DNA of 64,000 bases from assembly GCF_009914755.1 (NCBI RefSeq), contig NC_060936.1; one strand, written 5' to 3'. This document shows, one piece after another, positions 1-13,122 of this stretch (within the stretch, counting starts at the first letter, position 1; each line of letters opens with the position of its first letter). Below the pieces are notes generated by a model, which ran no database searches, was not told the origin of the DNA, and worked only from the letters and a program-made list of their open reading frames with translations. Made by a program: the position numbers and the translations under genes. Source of the DNA: the human T2T-CHM13v2.0 reference genome, Homo sapiens.

Positions 1-54
1 CTTAGTTGCCTATAATAGCAAACCTAATTAAGGCTGTCTTTATAGTTAAGTCTT

Positions 55-365
55 GTTATTTATTTATTTTTTATTTATTTTTGAGACGGAGTTTCGCTCT
101 GTCACCTAGGCTGGAGTGCAATGGTGTGATCTTGGCTCATTGCAAGCTCCGCCTCCTGGATTCATGCCATTCTCCTGCCTCAGCCTCCTGAGTAGCTGGG
201 ACTACAGGTGCCCGCTACCACACCCGGCTAATTTTTTTTTTTTTTTTAGTGGAGACAGGGTTTCGCCGTGTTAGTCAGGATGGTCTTGATTTCCTGACCT
301 CATGATCCCCCCGCCTCGGCCTTCCAAAGTGCTGGGATTACAGGCGTGAGCCACTGTACCCAGCC
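55..365 (-). mobile_element. AluY-type SINE
   Basis: Antisense Alu dimer with gcaagctccgcctcc and catgccattctcc diagnostics. TSD aagtctt (48-54 / 366-372). Confidence 0.95.
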
Positions 366-479
366 AAGTCTTCAATTTTGATACTTATCAAGAAGCCTCC
401 AGGTAGACAATCCAAGACAGTTACTTACTGTTGCCATCAATAACTCAGTTTTCCCTCCCTGGCTCCCTCTTTTTATATA

Positions 480-798
480 GTGATGGATGCAGTTTGTTTA
501 CATATTTATTTTATTTTATTTATTTTTAGGACTTTGGGATCTATGTTCATAAGAGTGATTGAACTACATATTTTTTCTTTTCCTGTAATATCCTTCTAAT
601 GCTTTGATTAGTGATATACTAACCTCATCAAAGAAGCTGTGCCGTTTAGTTTTTGTTTTCCCCTATTCTCTGGAAGGGATTGTATAAGATTAATGTATTT
701 TTTTTTCCCCTGAGTGGCTGGAAAATTCCCCTGGTAGAGTCATTTGGGTCTGGAGTTTTCTTGGTGTAATGTTTCTGAAAGATTCAAATTTATCAATG
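480..798 (-). mobile_element. Old L1M ORF2 fragment (continues after Tigger2)
   Basis: T-rich antisense L1-like sequence that resumes at about 4090. Confidence 0.65.
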
Positions 799-2117
799 CA
801 TTTGACTCTTGAACAATGTGGGGGTTAGGGACACCAACCCCCATGTGGTCAAATAACTATGTATGACTTCTGAGTCTCCCAAAACCTAACTATTAATCAC
901 CTACTGGTAACTGGAAGCCTTACTGATAACATAAATAGTTGATTAACACATGTTTTATATGTTATATGTATTATATACTGTATTCTTACAATAAAGTAGC
1001 TAGAGAAAATAAAATGTTATTAAGAAAATCATAAGGAAGAGAAAATGTATCTACTATTGAGTGGAAATGGATCATTATAAAGGTCATTTTCATCTCTTCA
1101 GATTGAGTAAGCTGAGGAGGAGGTGGAAGAGTTGGCCTTGTTGTCTCAAAGGTGGCAGAGGTGGAAAGAGAGGTAGGAGAGGCAGGCACATTAGGTGTAA
1201 CTTTACAGAAGTACAGTAATTTCTGTCTGACTTTGCACTTTCTTTCTCCTAAAATGTTTCTATATGGTACCAATACTTCATCCACCATTTGCTTTAGTTT
1301 CTGTGCCTATATCACGGAAGGGTCCATGTAGTGAAAGAAGTCAACGGCAGTCTTGAATAATTGGAACCCTTCTGCCAAATTGTCTGATGTCCATTTGTTT
1401 TCTGGCATCACTTCTTCTATGACTTCTTCCCCACCATCTGGTACGGTTGAGAAGCATTCATCTCCATAATGTTGTCTTCTGTTAACTGCTTGCATGTGGT
1501 GTCTATTAGCTCTTGAATTTCTCTAAAACCCGTATCTTGAAATCCTTCCATCCATACCTGCTTTCCATATTCACAATCTCTTTAATGATTTATTTGATTG
1601 GTTCTGTCATAAATCCTGTGAAGTCACGCACAACCCCTCAACAAAGTTTTCTCCAACAGAAATGTATTGTTTCAGGCTTGATGGCTTTCATGGCCTTTTC
1701 TAAAACAACGATGGCATCTTCAATTGTGTAATTCTTCCAGACTTTCATGATGTTTTCTCTATCAAGGTTCTCACCCATGGTGTTAAAATTTTTTCCATAG
1801 AGTGCCATGGGCAATGAGCCTTAAAGATCCTGTAACCCCATGGTCTAGAGGCTGAATCAGAGACATTGTGTTTGGAGGTACATAGACCACTTTGGTGCCT
1901 TTGGTGTTAAACTCATGGAGTTCTGAGTGGCCAGGGGCATTGTCTAATGTCAAAAGAACTTTAAAAAGCAGTCTCTTACTCTCAAGGTACATCCTGACTT
2001 CAGAGACAGAGCACTGACAGAACCAATCCAGAAAAAGGGTTCTCATCAAGGCCTTCTTGTGTACAACAAAAAGACTGGCAACTGGTGTTTATTTTCTACC
2101 TTCAAATCTCAGGGGAA

Positions 2118-2303
2118 GGCTGAGCATGGTGGCTCATGTGTGTAATCTCACTGCTTTAGGAGGCCAAAGTGGGAGGATTGTTTGAGGCCAGAAGTTCAAG
2201 GCTGCAGTGGGTCATGGTTGAGCCACTGCACTCCAGCCTGGGGAACACAGTGAGACCTTGTCTCTAAAACAAAACAAAGCAAAACGAACAACAACAAAAA
2301 CAA
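2118..2303 (+). mobile_element. Alu monomer (FRAM-like or left/right-arm chimera) inside Tigger2
   Basis: Single arm plus A/C-rich tail. TSD aaatctcagggg / aaacctcagggg. Confidence 0.9.
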
Positions 2304-2536
2304 AAACCTCAGGGGTTAGCAGCTCTATAGATAAGGATAGTCCTGATCATAAACCCAAATGTTTTTGCACAAAACGGTAGAGTTAGACTATCCTTTTCTG
2401 CCTTAAATCCTGGCATTCACTTCTCTTCCTTACTAATTAATGTTCATTGTGATATTTCTTTTTTTCTATAATAGGGCACTCTTATCTGCATTAAAAACCT
2501 GTTTAGGTAAATGTTCTTTATCTTCAACCATTTTCT

Positions 2537-2717
2537 TTCTTTTTTTTTTTTTTTCTTTTTTTTTTTTGAGACAAGTTCTCTCTCTTTCCCAGGCTGGAGT
2601 GCAGTGGTGCGATCTGGGCTCACTGCAACCTACGCCTCCCAGTCTCAAGTGATCCTCCTAGCTCAGCCTCTTGAGTAGGTGGGACTACAGGTGCATGCCA
2701 CCATGCCTGGCTTCATA

Positions 2718-2748
<31 letters not shown>

Positions 2749-2821
2749 GTATGTATGTATATATATATATGTATGTATGTATATATATATATGTATGTGT
2801 ATATATATATGTATGTATGTA

Positions 2822-2895
<74 letters not shown>

Positions 2896-3024
2896 TTTTT
2901 TTTTTTGTAGAGGCAGGATTTCACCATGTTGCCCAGGCTGGTCTGAAACTCCTGGGATCAGGTGATCCACCCACGTTGACCTAGAAAGTGCTGTGATTAC
3001 AGGTGTGAGCCACTGTGCTTCGCC
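2537..3024 (-). mobile_element. AluJ-type SINE inside Tigger2, linker expanded to a microsatellite
   Basis: Antisense dimer. TSD tatcttcaaccattttct / tatctacaatcattttct. Confidence 0.93.
2715..2895. repeat. Compound (TG)n/(TATG)n/(TA)n microsatellite
   Basis: Directly visible. It explains the YI/CV/TH ORFs at 2663-2984. Confidence 0.98.
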
Positions 3025-4204
3025 TATCTACAATCATTTTCTTAATGGCATCTGGGAAGTTATCTGTTGCCTTTTGACTGGCAGAAGCTGCTTTTCCTAT
3101 TATTTTGACATTTTAAAAGCCAAACTTCCTTCTAAAATTATCCAACAATCCTTTGCTGGCATTAAATTCTCCAGCTTTAGATCCTTCTTTTTGCTTTAAG
3201 CTGTCAGCTGCATTTTCAATATAAGATAAAAGGGTATCTGACAAAAAGTGTAAGGCTTTTGCACCTGCTGGTGTAGCTGCAGCTATGGGTTCACAAGTTT
3301 CCTTTCCATTTTTTCAATGGTCGTTATTGCTGGATTTATTTCTCTTGAAATGGCAGGGCTACTGCAGTTACAGATCTCAATCTCTGATGCATATCCGGCA
3401 ATTCAACTTTGTCTTGTAATGTCGTGACTGCTGTGTGCTTCTTGGGAGCATTGCCAGCATCACTAGTGGCACTTCGTATGGATCACATGGTGTGATTCAA
3501 GGTTTAAAGTATTGCCCTAAACACAATAAAAAATATGAGAGAACTGCAAGAGGCCATTTTTTTTCTGTGATGTGCAATTTACTGTTGAGACAAACTGCTC
3601 ATGCAGAGATGATTAGCATCACAAGTCATTTAAAATGGATATTTGCAACACTTGAGCTCACTGCAATAGCCATAGGAGGTAGCTATGAAACTGTTACAGT
3701 AGTACAGTGTGAACTACAGTTAATTTCATGCCATTTTAAAACCACATCTTTACATTTGTTTATGTTTCTCTTGACTGCAAATGGTACCATGTATGGCGTA
3801 TGTTTGTGTACGTAACTTCAGTTAAACATAAAGCTTTACTTTGATAAACCTAAACTTCTTATAATAGCTTTCTGTATGTTTTATGGTAGTAAATAAGTAG
3901 ACTAGTATCTACATATATTTCATACATTCAAGACATATCCAACTTTTTCTTATATTTTTTAAATATTTGAGAGCTTTTAATAAATTGTCACAAATCTCCA
4001 AAAATTTTTTCAGTATATTTACTGAAATAAAACCAGTGTATGTGTGGACCCATGTAATTCAAACCCGAGTTGATTAAGGGTCAACTATAGATAAAGCTAT
4101 GAAGATTTCATATTTGTTTTTGTGCTAATTTTGGTAAATTTTGTTTTTCTAAAAAATATTTTTAAAATAAAATTTATTGTCATAAAGTTGTTTATATATC
4201 CTAG

Positions 4205-4385
4205 GATAAGATGTGGTTCCTTAACCAAAAACATCAGTATATTCTGGGATATTGTTAGAAATGCAAATTCTTAAGCCATGTGCCAGACCTACTGAATAAG
4301 AAGCTCTAAAGATGGGGTACAACACCTTGTATTTTAAGAAGGCCTCAGGTGATCCTAATGGGTGCCAACGTTTAAGAACTGCTGC
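4205..4385 (+). mobile_element. MER5A (hAT-Charlie MITE)
   Basis: ttgttagaaatgcaaattct..ccagacctactgaat..caggtgatcctaatg..tttaagaactgctg matches the MER5A pattern. Confidence 0.85.
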
Positions 4386-5789
4386 TCTGTTAAGCTTCTG
4401 CAGTAGCCTGCAATGTTGGTATGCAGTCTTTTCATTATTATTTTATCATAATATTATTATTTTATTTTAATTTTCTACTGTGATTTCTTCTTTGATAGAA
4501 GGGTTATTTAGACAGGTTTTGCTTAATTCTTAAATCTTTGTGGGTTTTTTTGTTTTTTATTTCAAACTTAATTTCATGATGGTCAGAAAGTAAATTTTGT
4601 ATGATGTTAGTTCTTAGAAATTTGTATATATTCATTTTTGATACTGGTTTCATGTGAACCAGAAAAGAATGTGCACACTGAAGTTTTTAGTACAGCGCTG
4701 ATATATATTAATTAGGTCAGGTTTGTTAATGATCAAATCTTATTCATGCTTACTTGTTTTACCTCTTATATGTATTTGCGTATCTCTTTTTGAGATAATT
4801 ATGTTAAAATTTCCCATTACAATTAGAATTTGTCTTTTTCTGGTTTTAGTTCATTAAATTGTATTTATTTGAAGGCTACATTATTCATTGCATAAAAATG
4901 TAGAATTGTTATATCTCCTTAGTTGATTGACAGTTTTATCACTGAAATGGTCCCCTTTATGTCTAATAATGCATTGACTTATCTTTACTTCACCTGGTAT
5001 TAACATAGCTATAACAATTTTCTTTAAGTTAGCGTTTCATGGTGTATCCTTTTGAGGTTAAAAAAAATTTTTACATGTCATAATTAAGGTGTGTCCCTCA
5101 AAAGCGGTGTATAAATAGGTTTTGATTTTTGTCAAGTTTAAAATTTTGTCTTCTAATTGAAGTGCTTATTTCATGTTCATAAATCTACCATTTTATATCT
5201 GTTCCCTATTAATTTCGTGTTTATAAATCTATCTTGTTCTACTTTCTCTCTTCTTAGCTATTTTTTTTAACTTAGGTTTTGCCTAATTTTATTCGTATTT
5301 TTTTCTGCTGACTTCTTAGTTTTGCTTCTTAAATTTTCACTGCACTTTTAGTAGTTAACCTATTGCAGTGTAAATCCTTGATTTATTAGAATCGTCCTCA
5401 TATTGGTACTTAAGGCAATTTCCCGAAAATGTAAGAACATTAAGTACTGTAATTTCATTTACTCCTTGCAAATTTTTGCATTATTATTATGTATTTAATT
5501 CTATAAACATTATACATTCTACAAGGCATTATTGTTTTATATGCATTTAGATATGCCATATATTAACTTTATTAATGTTGATTTATTTATTTAAATATCT
5601 GCCTCCCAGAAGAACTTCCTGTAGTGTTTTCCTTATATTTGCTTAGAGTAGGTTTGCTGAAGACAATTTTTCTTTAAAAAAAAAATTATTGAGATAAAAT
5701 ACAACTTACCATCTTTACCATTTTTAAGTATACAGTTCTGTAGTAATTAATATATTCTTTTTCTTTATCTTGAAATTTTCATATGTTAA

Positions 5790-6101
<312 letters not shown>

Positions 6102-6559
6102 TAAAAGATTTTTTTAAAGATAGTTTTGCTGATTGTAGATTTCTAGGTTGGCAGTTATTATCTTCCAATATTTTGGCATAAATTTTACTTTCTCCTTCAG
6201 CTTCCATTGTTTCTTTAGAGAAGTCAGCTAACATTCTTATTGTTGCTTCTTCGAAGGTATTATGTCTGGTTTTTCTGGCTGATTTTAAGATTTTTTGCTT
6301 TGCTCTTGGTGTTCAGTAATTCTACTGTAATGTTTCTCAATATGGTTTTCTTTGTATTTATCACAGTGGAATAGTAATATTTCTTATATGCGTGGCTTCT
6401 GTTTTCCCAGAGATTATTACTTCTCATATCTTTTCTTCCATGTCTTCCATCAGTTCTCCCCCACCCTCATCTTATCCTGCTCTTCTAGTTCTCAGTTTGA
6501 CAATTAGACTGATACAAATTAAACCATGGCCAGAAGTGGAAGGCTTAGACATTTTTCAA

Positions 6560-6833
6560 TGTTTTGCTCTACTACCTTCAATATATTGGCTTTGATCCTT
6601 ATGATTCTTACCTCATGGCTTCCAGTAACTGCTGCAACTCCAAGTCACATGTCTGTGCTCCAGGCAAGAAGAAAGAGAAAGTGAAAGAGGCTGTGGACTT
6701 TCATTTATATTTAATGTGGTCACCATGTGGGACCCTAGAATAAAGCTTTTAGCTTTTTCACTGTCTACTGTAGATGCAGGCAAGGGAGAGTTAAAAATGA
6801 TCTTTGGATAGCTAGTTGTCAACATCTGCCACA
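6560..6833. mobile_element. Old MaLR LTR fragment (MLT1K-like)
   Basis: gctgcaactccaagtcacatgtctgtgctccaggcaagaaga, terminal catctgccaca. Confidence 0.5.
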
Positions 6834-7005
6834 ACAATTACTGGCAATGACAATATCTAGGTTTCAACAATGCGAATGGGTGGCTGAATTGGGATAGCAG
6901 GTAAGATCATTGAGAGTAAGAAAGTTGAGAACTGAAAGGCTAAGATCTAAAATGAACATTCTAAATGAATATTGAAATCAGCATTGGGGAATATTGAAAT
7001 CAGCA

Positions 7006-7523
7006 GTGAGGAAGGTAGGATGGAAGTAAGACTTGAAAAATTACCTATTGGGTACAATGTTTACTATTTGGGTGATGGGTACAGTTAAAGCCCTAACTCC
7101 AGCACTATGCAATATATCCATGTAACAAATCTGCACGTGTATACCCTGAATCTATAAAAAGAAAAAAAAGCAAGGAGAAATTTGTATAAAGGTAGCAAAA
7201 ACAAAACTGGCCGCTGATATAAGTGGCAATATAAATGCCACCACATCGCTGACTCCTGGGTGGAGCCACTCTGTTATATTCAGTATGGTTCCTCAGTGGG
7301 TCTTTAGAAAGATTGTGTACAGTAGCTCACAACATAACTCACGCGTTTGCATCCTTCACTGGCTTTCTTCTTTCCCTGTCTCATTTTGCATACTCTCTAA
7401 ATTGTGTTTTCTGCAATCTCTGGAATAAACTACATGTAAAGGAAGAGGAAGAGGAAGAAGAGGAGGAGGGAGGGGGAAGAGAAAGAAGAAGGAGGAGGAG
7501 GAGGAGGAGAAAGGAAAAGAAAA
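7006..7523 (+). mobile_element. 5'-truncated L1PB/L1MA 3' end plus candidate 3' transduction
   Basis: L1 3'UTR and A tail (7006-7170), about 265 nt extra sequence, AATAAA 7424-7429, purine tail 7438-7523, TSD gaaatcagca. Confidence 0.7.
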
Positions 7524-7661
7524 GAAATCAGCAAGAGTCAGATGTAGTAAGGAAGAGAAAACAGTGATTTGGTGCTAACACCTTTAATACCTATGATGGG
7601 AGATTACTTGAAAAAGAGGAGTAAGAGATGGCATTGTCTGATGCATATGTTTATAAGTAGC

Positions 7662-7715
7662 TGTGTGTGTGTGTGTATGTGTGTGAGAGAGAGAGAGAGA
7701 GAGAAATAGAGAGAA
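7662..7715. repeat. (TG)n(AG)n microsatellite
   Basis: Directly visible. Confidence 0.95.
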
Positions 7716-8410
7716 ATAATGGCCTAGAGCAAGAAAGATACTATGTATTTATGTACATTTTCTGAACATTATGTCACTTACTGTCCTAACTGAATAAAAC
7801 CTGAGTCTCCTTGAAGACCCTACTTCTCTTACAGTGCTCTCTTAATTAAAGTCTTCCTCAAATCCCCACCATTGATGTGGAAGTAGCAAAGTTTCACTTT
7901 GGTTTTTATTGCTACTTTTCTTATGTCTCCCTCTTACACTAAAAGTCACTAATATTAAATCTGTCAAACTAAACCACATCCTACCTCAACTTTTTGGAGA
8001 CAACTGCAGAACTCACTAATCACTCTTCGTTATTTCCTGAGTGGTTGAATTTCAGGTTTGAGGATACTGCCCCCAACACTGCTCCTGTCTGTATTTCATC
8101 TTAGTGACTGTAATATCAACATAATCTTTCAAATATCCTGGTTTTTCAATTCCTAAATCTCCTTTATTCTAATTATTTTGTCCTATATTCTATCTTAGCC
8201 AACTATTGTTCTCTGGGCCATAATGTAAGACTTATTACCAATAACTAAAAGCTTTTCATAACCATAACTTCAGTTATTCTGTTTTCTGACCACAACTTCC
8301 CATCTTTCTAGTTTACTTCTGCTGTTATTCCAACTCCCAAAATTATTTCTACTCCACCTAAATCTACCACCTTCTTACTATCCCTCACTTCACTGAAATC
8401 ATTTTTCTCT

Positions 8411-8768
8411 TTTTTTTTTATTATACTTTAAGTTTTAGGGTACATGTGCACATTGTGCAGGTTAGTTACATATGTATACATGTGCCATGCTGGTGCACTG
8501 CACCCACTAACTCGTCGTCTAGCATTCGGTATATCTCCCAATGCTATCCCTCCCCCCTCCCCCCACCCCACAACAGTCCCCAGAGTGTGATATTCCCCTT
8601 CCTGTGTCCGTGTGATCTCATTGTTCAATTCCCACCTATGAGTGAGAATATGCGGTGTTTGGTTTTTTGTTCTTGTGATAGTTTACTGAGAATGATGATT
8701 TCCAATTTCATCCATGTCCCTACAAAGGACATGAACTCATCATTTTTTATGGCTGCATAGTATTCCAT
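8411..8768 (-). mobile_element. 5'-truncated L1PA2-type 3' end
   Basis: cattgtgcag, cacccactaactcgtc (GAG, not the Ta ACA), gagaatatgcgg. TSD catttttctctttt (8400 / 8766). Confidence 0.93.
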
Positions 8769-9418
8769 TTTTCTCTTTTATTTAGCATAATTTTGATTGT
8801 CATTCACTATAAGAAATGATGCCCTTGTCTTTCTGTCCTTTTGCTGTGCTTGCCAGCCATAATCCTCAACTCTCTGTTTAGACAGCACATATCCATGTGA
8901 ATGTACTGGAAACAATAAGAAACTGTGCAGACTGCTCTCAGTTGAAATTCATGACCACAAAATCATAAGTATATCCTTAAAGCTGCCCACAATCTTAAAA
9001 CATTTCTATAAACCATTCATTCCACTAAGCTAGATTTTGATTTTACATCTTTTCTCTGCACCAATCTCCAAAACTTCCTCTCCTACCTTACTTTTAGCTA
9101 ATGATGTTGCTTCCAATTTCACCAAGAAAATAGAAGCCATCAGAAAAGAACTTCTGCACACTCCTAACACCACATCTCCCAATCTACCTATATTAGTTCC
9201 CATTATTCCTTTTTTCCTGTTACTGCCAAAGAATTATCCACATATCTATCAAAGGTCAACATTTTCACCTGTGTACTGGATTTCATCTTCCTTGCTCAAA
9301 GACTTCACTCCAGCAATTTTTCTTTTTTATTTATGAATATTGTTATCAGCATAAAATATATTGAAGTTTCTCACTTTCAAAAAAACTTTCTTGATACCAC
9401 ACTCTTTGTATCAGTTAA

Positions 9419-9495
9419 CTTTTAATGTATGAGAAATTATCCTGAAATGTACTGGCTTTTAATGTATGAGAAATTATCTTGAAATGTACTGGCTT
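9419..9495. repeat. 37-bp tandem duplication
   Basis: cttttaatgtatgagaaattatc(c/t)tgaaatgtactgg x2. Confidence 0.95.
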
Positions 9496-10510
9496 AAAAC
9501 AATACTCATTCTCTCTTGAACCTACCCTACTCAACACTTTGACCCACCACTCCACAGATGCATTTTGCCAAAGTCACCAGTGACTTCCATGTGAGTAAAT
9601 CTATTTTCAGTTATTTTCTTTCTTAACCATCAGCGGTTGATTTATTACATTTTCTTTTTAAATTACTTTCCTCACTTGACTTCTAGGATATCACATTCTA
9701 CTGTTGTTGTTTTTTTTTTCATATCATTGAATACATTAAGTTTTCTTTGCTGGTTACTTCTCTTCACTTTCTAAATATGAAAGTGGGCGAAGGTTCGGCC
9801 CTTGGACATTTTCCCTATCTGCACTAATTCTCTGTGTGACCTCATTTAGTTTTATTACTTAATCAGTGTTCTCTTAACTCCAACATTTATATTTCCAATC
9901 TGGACTTAATGCCCGAATTCTAGACACTTTTATCAAGCAGTTTACTTTTATATGTCTAATAGGTGCTATAAATGTAACATACACAAAATAGACCTTCTTA
10001 TTTTCTTTCAAACCTACTCCTCCAGAGTACTCCCCTTCTATCTTCTTTATAATCTTCTTTAAAAATTATTCAGAATTCAATGTTTTCTTAACAACCAAAT
10101 TTATATATCATATATTGCCTGGACTATTACAGTCCTCTCCCAGTTGGCTTCTCTGCTTCTGGATTTACCCTCTTTTGGTCTGTTCTCAGCAAATCAGAAT
10201 AATCCTTTTAAAACTTAATTATATCTCATTAACAATTTGCTCAAAACCCAATAAATATTTGTTGAATGAATGAATACTAGGAAGACTGAATAGATTTTCA
10301 TATTTATTGGACATTTGGATTGGTACTTCACAGAATTGCTAATTCATATCCATGATCAATTAAAACTTTTTTTTAAAACAAAACCTCTTTAATATTAATC
10401 AATCCTTTATCTTTAAAAAGCATTACAAATATATTTGCACAAACTATGGTTTTCCTACTGACTTTTTAATTGAACTTTTTTACCCGTATAGTTAAAAATA
10501 TATATAAATT

Positions 10511-11700
<1,190 letters not shown>

Positions 11701-11986
11701 TCTTTTCCCTATATATTAATAGTTTTTTTATATTTAGTTTTTTTAGTAAGAATGTCAGCTGATGACATTTCTAGTTTTGTGTTATTAACTTGATTATATT
11801 GACATGATTATGCCTTCCATTCATTATTGTCCTTGAGATATCCAAATTTATTCCAATTTATTAATAATTTTTCATAATTAACACAAAAATACTATAACTA
11901 ATTAGAATTAATGTAGTTCTTTCCAGTCCCTACTTCCAAACTCAGCTTCCAGCTCATTTTGCATATTTCCAAATAATCTTGCTCAG

Positions 11987-12119
11987 ATAAAAAAAAAAAT
12001 GGCCAGCTCATGAGAAAGTCTTTTTTAAAGACTGTAAACATTTTTGGAAGGCAAATGTGGTTTAGCATTTTTTTCTTGGCTAACTTAATAAAATTATTTA
12101 ATACAGAGCCTCATACATG
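11987..12119 (+). pseudogene. Fossil exon 1 (phase 1-2): KKKNGQLMRKSFLKTVNIFGRQMWFSIFFLANLIKLFNTEPHT(C)
   Basis: Acceptor aataatcttgctcag, donor TG|gtaggt, 43 open codons. The 3' end also weakly resembles an L2/MIR tail. Confidence 0.6.
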
Positions 12120-12333
12120 GTAGGTACATAATAGTCATTTTTTCCTTTCTTCTTCTTCTGGACAACTATTTCTGGTTTCTCCTATCATTCCTTCTATAGC
12201 GTGACTTCAAGCTCCTACACTGTGCTGTTACTCTTTTCTGGATTTGTTCTAATGATTTATATTTTCTCTTTAAATATCACTTCTAGAATGAAAACCAGAG
12301 CTCTAGATGTGGTGTGATCAGCAAGAGTAATGT

Positions 12334-12565
12334 TATATAGATGTAGATCTATATAAACATAGATCTATATAAACATAGATGTAGATCTATATAAATATCT
12401 ACATAGATGTAGGTCTATATAAACATAGATGTAGACATAAAGCTATATATCTATATGATGTCTATATAGACATATAGATGTAGGCATAAAGATATATGTC
12501 TATATCATCTATATAAACATAGATGTAGACATAAAGATATAGATGATATAGATATAAAGATATAG
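12334..12565. repeat. Self-complementary AT-rich minisatellite (atagatgtagatctatataaac variants)
   Basis: Directly visible repeated and inverted units. Confidence 0.92.
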
Positions 12566-12750
12566 GACTGCAAGTAATATTCTTAGCATCATTCTGGGAC
12601 ATAGTAAGCTGTGAATAAATATTTGTTTATCAGAAGCAGCAGCAACAGCCACATTATTATCATCATTATGTTTTTAATTCACTACCTATGCAATTTTTTC
12701 CTAAAATCAGTATCTTGTATACTTTTTGAATTTTATTTTACGCTTTCTAG

Positions 12751-12910
12751 TATCAATGGGGCATTGTAAAAAAATCGGACAGCTGTTTGTTTAAAGTTGT
12801 ATCTAATGTTCTAATGTTTACAGGTTTTCATATTGAGAAATGATACTGTCTTCTCTTTCAGTTATTTTATCAGTGGAAATGCTTCAGATCTTTCTAAAAT
12901 GGTGGTGCAG
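12751..12910 (+). pseudogene. Fossil exon 2 (phase 2-0): INGAL*KNRTAVCLKLYLMF*CLQVFILRNDTVFSFSYFISGNASDLSKMVVQ
   Basis: Acceptor ttttattttacgctttctag, strong donor CAG|gtaaga. An alternative in-frame acceptor (ctgtcttctctttcag) would start the exon at 12862. Confidence 0.75.
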
Positions 12911-13122
12911 GTAAGATAACTGAAATTAGCTTATAATTAGACCTAACAGTTTTTCCTGTGCACATATTTTATCAAGGATTTGAAATACAATCTTGGCATT
13001 TGTTTTATATTGGTGATAGTTATACTAAGTCTCAGCAAGTGTAGATTTGCTATGTTAAAGTAAATACACATCTTTACACCTGGAATTTAAGATCCCTTTT
13101 AGGTTATTAGTTAGAAAGTGTA

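Larger units (their letters stand above)
799..4087 (-). mobile_element. Near-full-length Tigger2 (pogo/Tc1-mariner) DNA transposon with decayed transposase
   Basis: TIRs catttgactcttgaacaa (799) and ttgattaagggtcaacta (4087), flanked by TG/TA. Minus-strand ORF 1783..2049 has DDE motifs LDNAPGH and PPNTMSLIQPLDHG. Confidence 0.93.
7790..10275 (+). mobile_element. L2 LINE relic, interrupted by L1PA2
   Basis: Peptide ANDVASNFTKKIEAIRKEL resembles L2 ORF2. 3' tail ataaatatttgttgaatgaatgaat. Confidence 0.8.

Noticed and set aside
2663-2984. Six overlapping ORFs (YIYI/CVCV/THTH)
   Set aside because: Translations of a dinucleotide microsatellite within an Alu.
9419-9495. 37-bp direct repeats as CRISPR-like
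   Set aside because: Two adjacent copies with no spacer in eukaryotic DNA; a simple tandem duplication.
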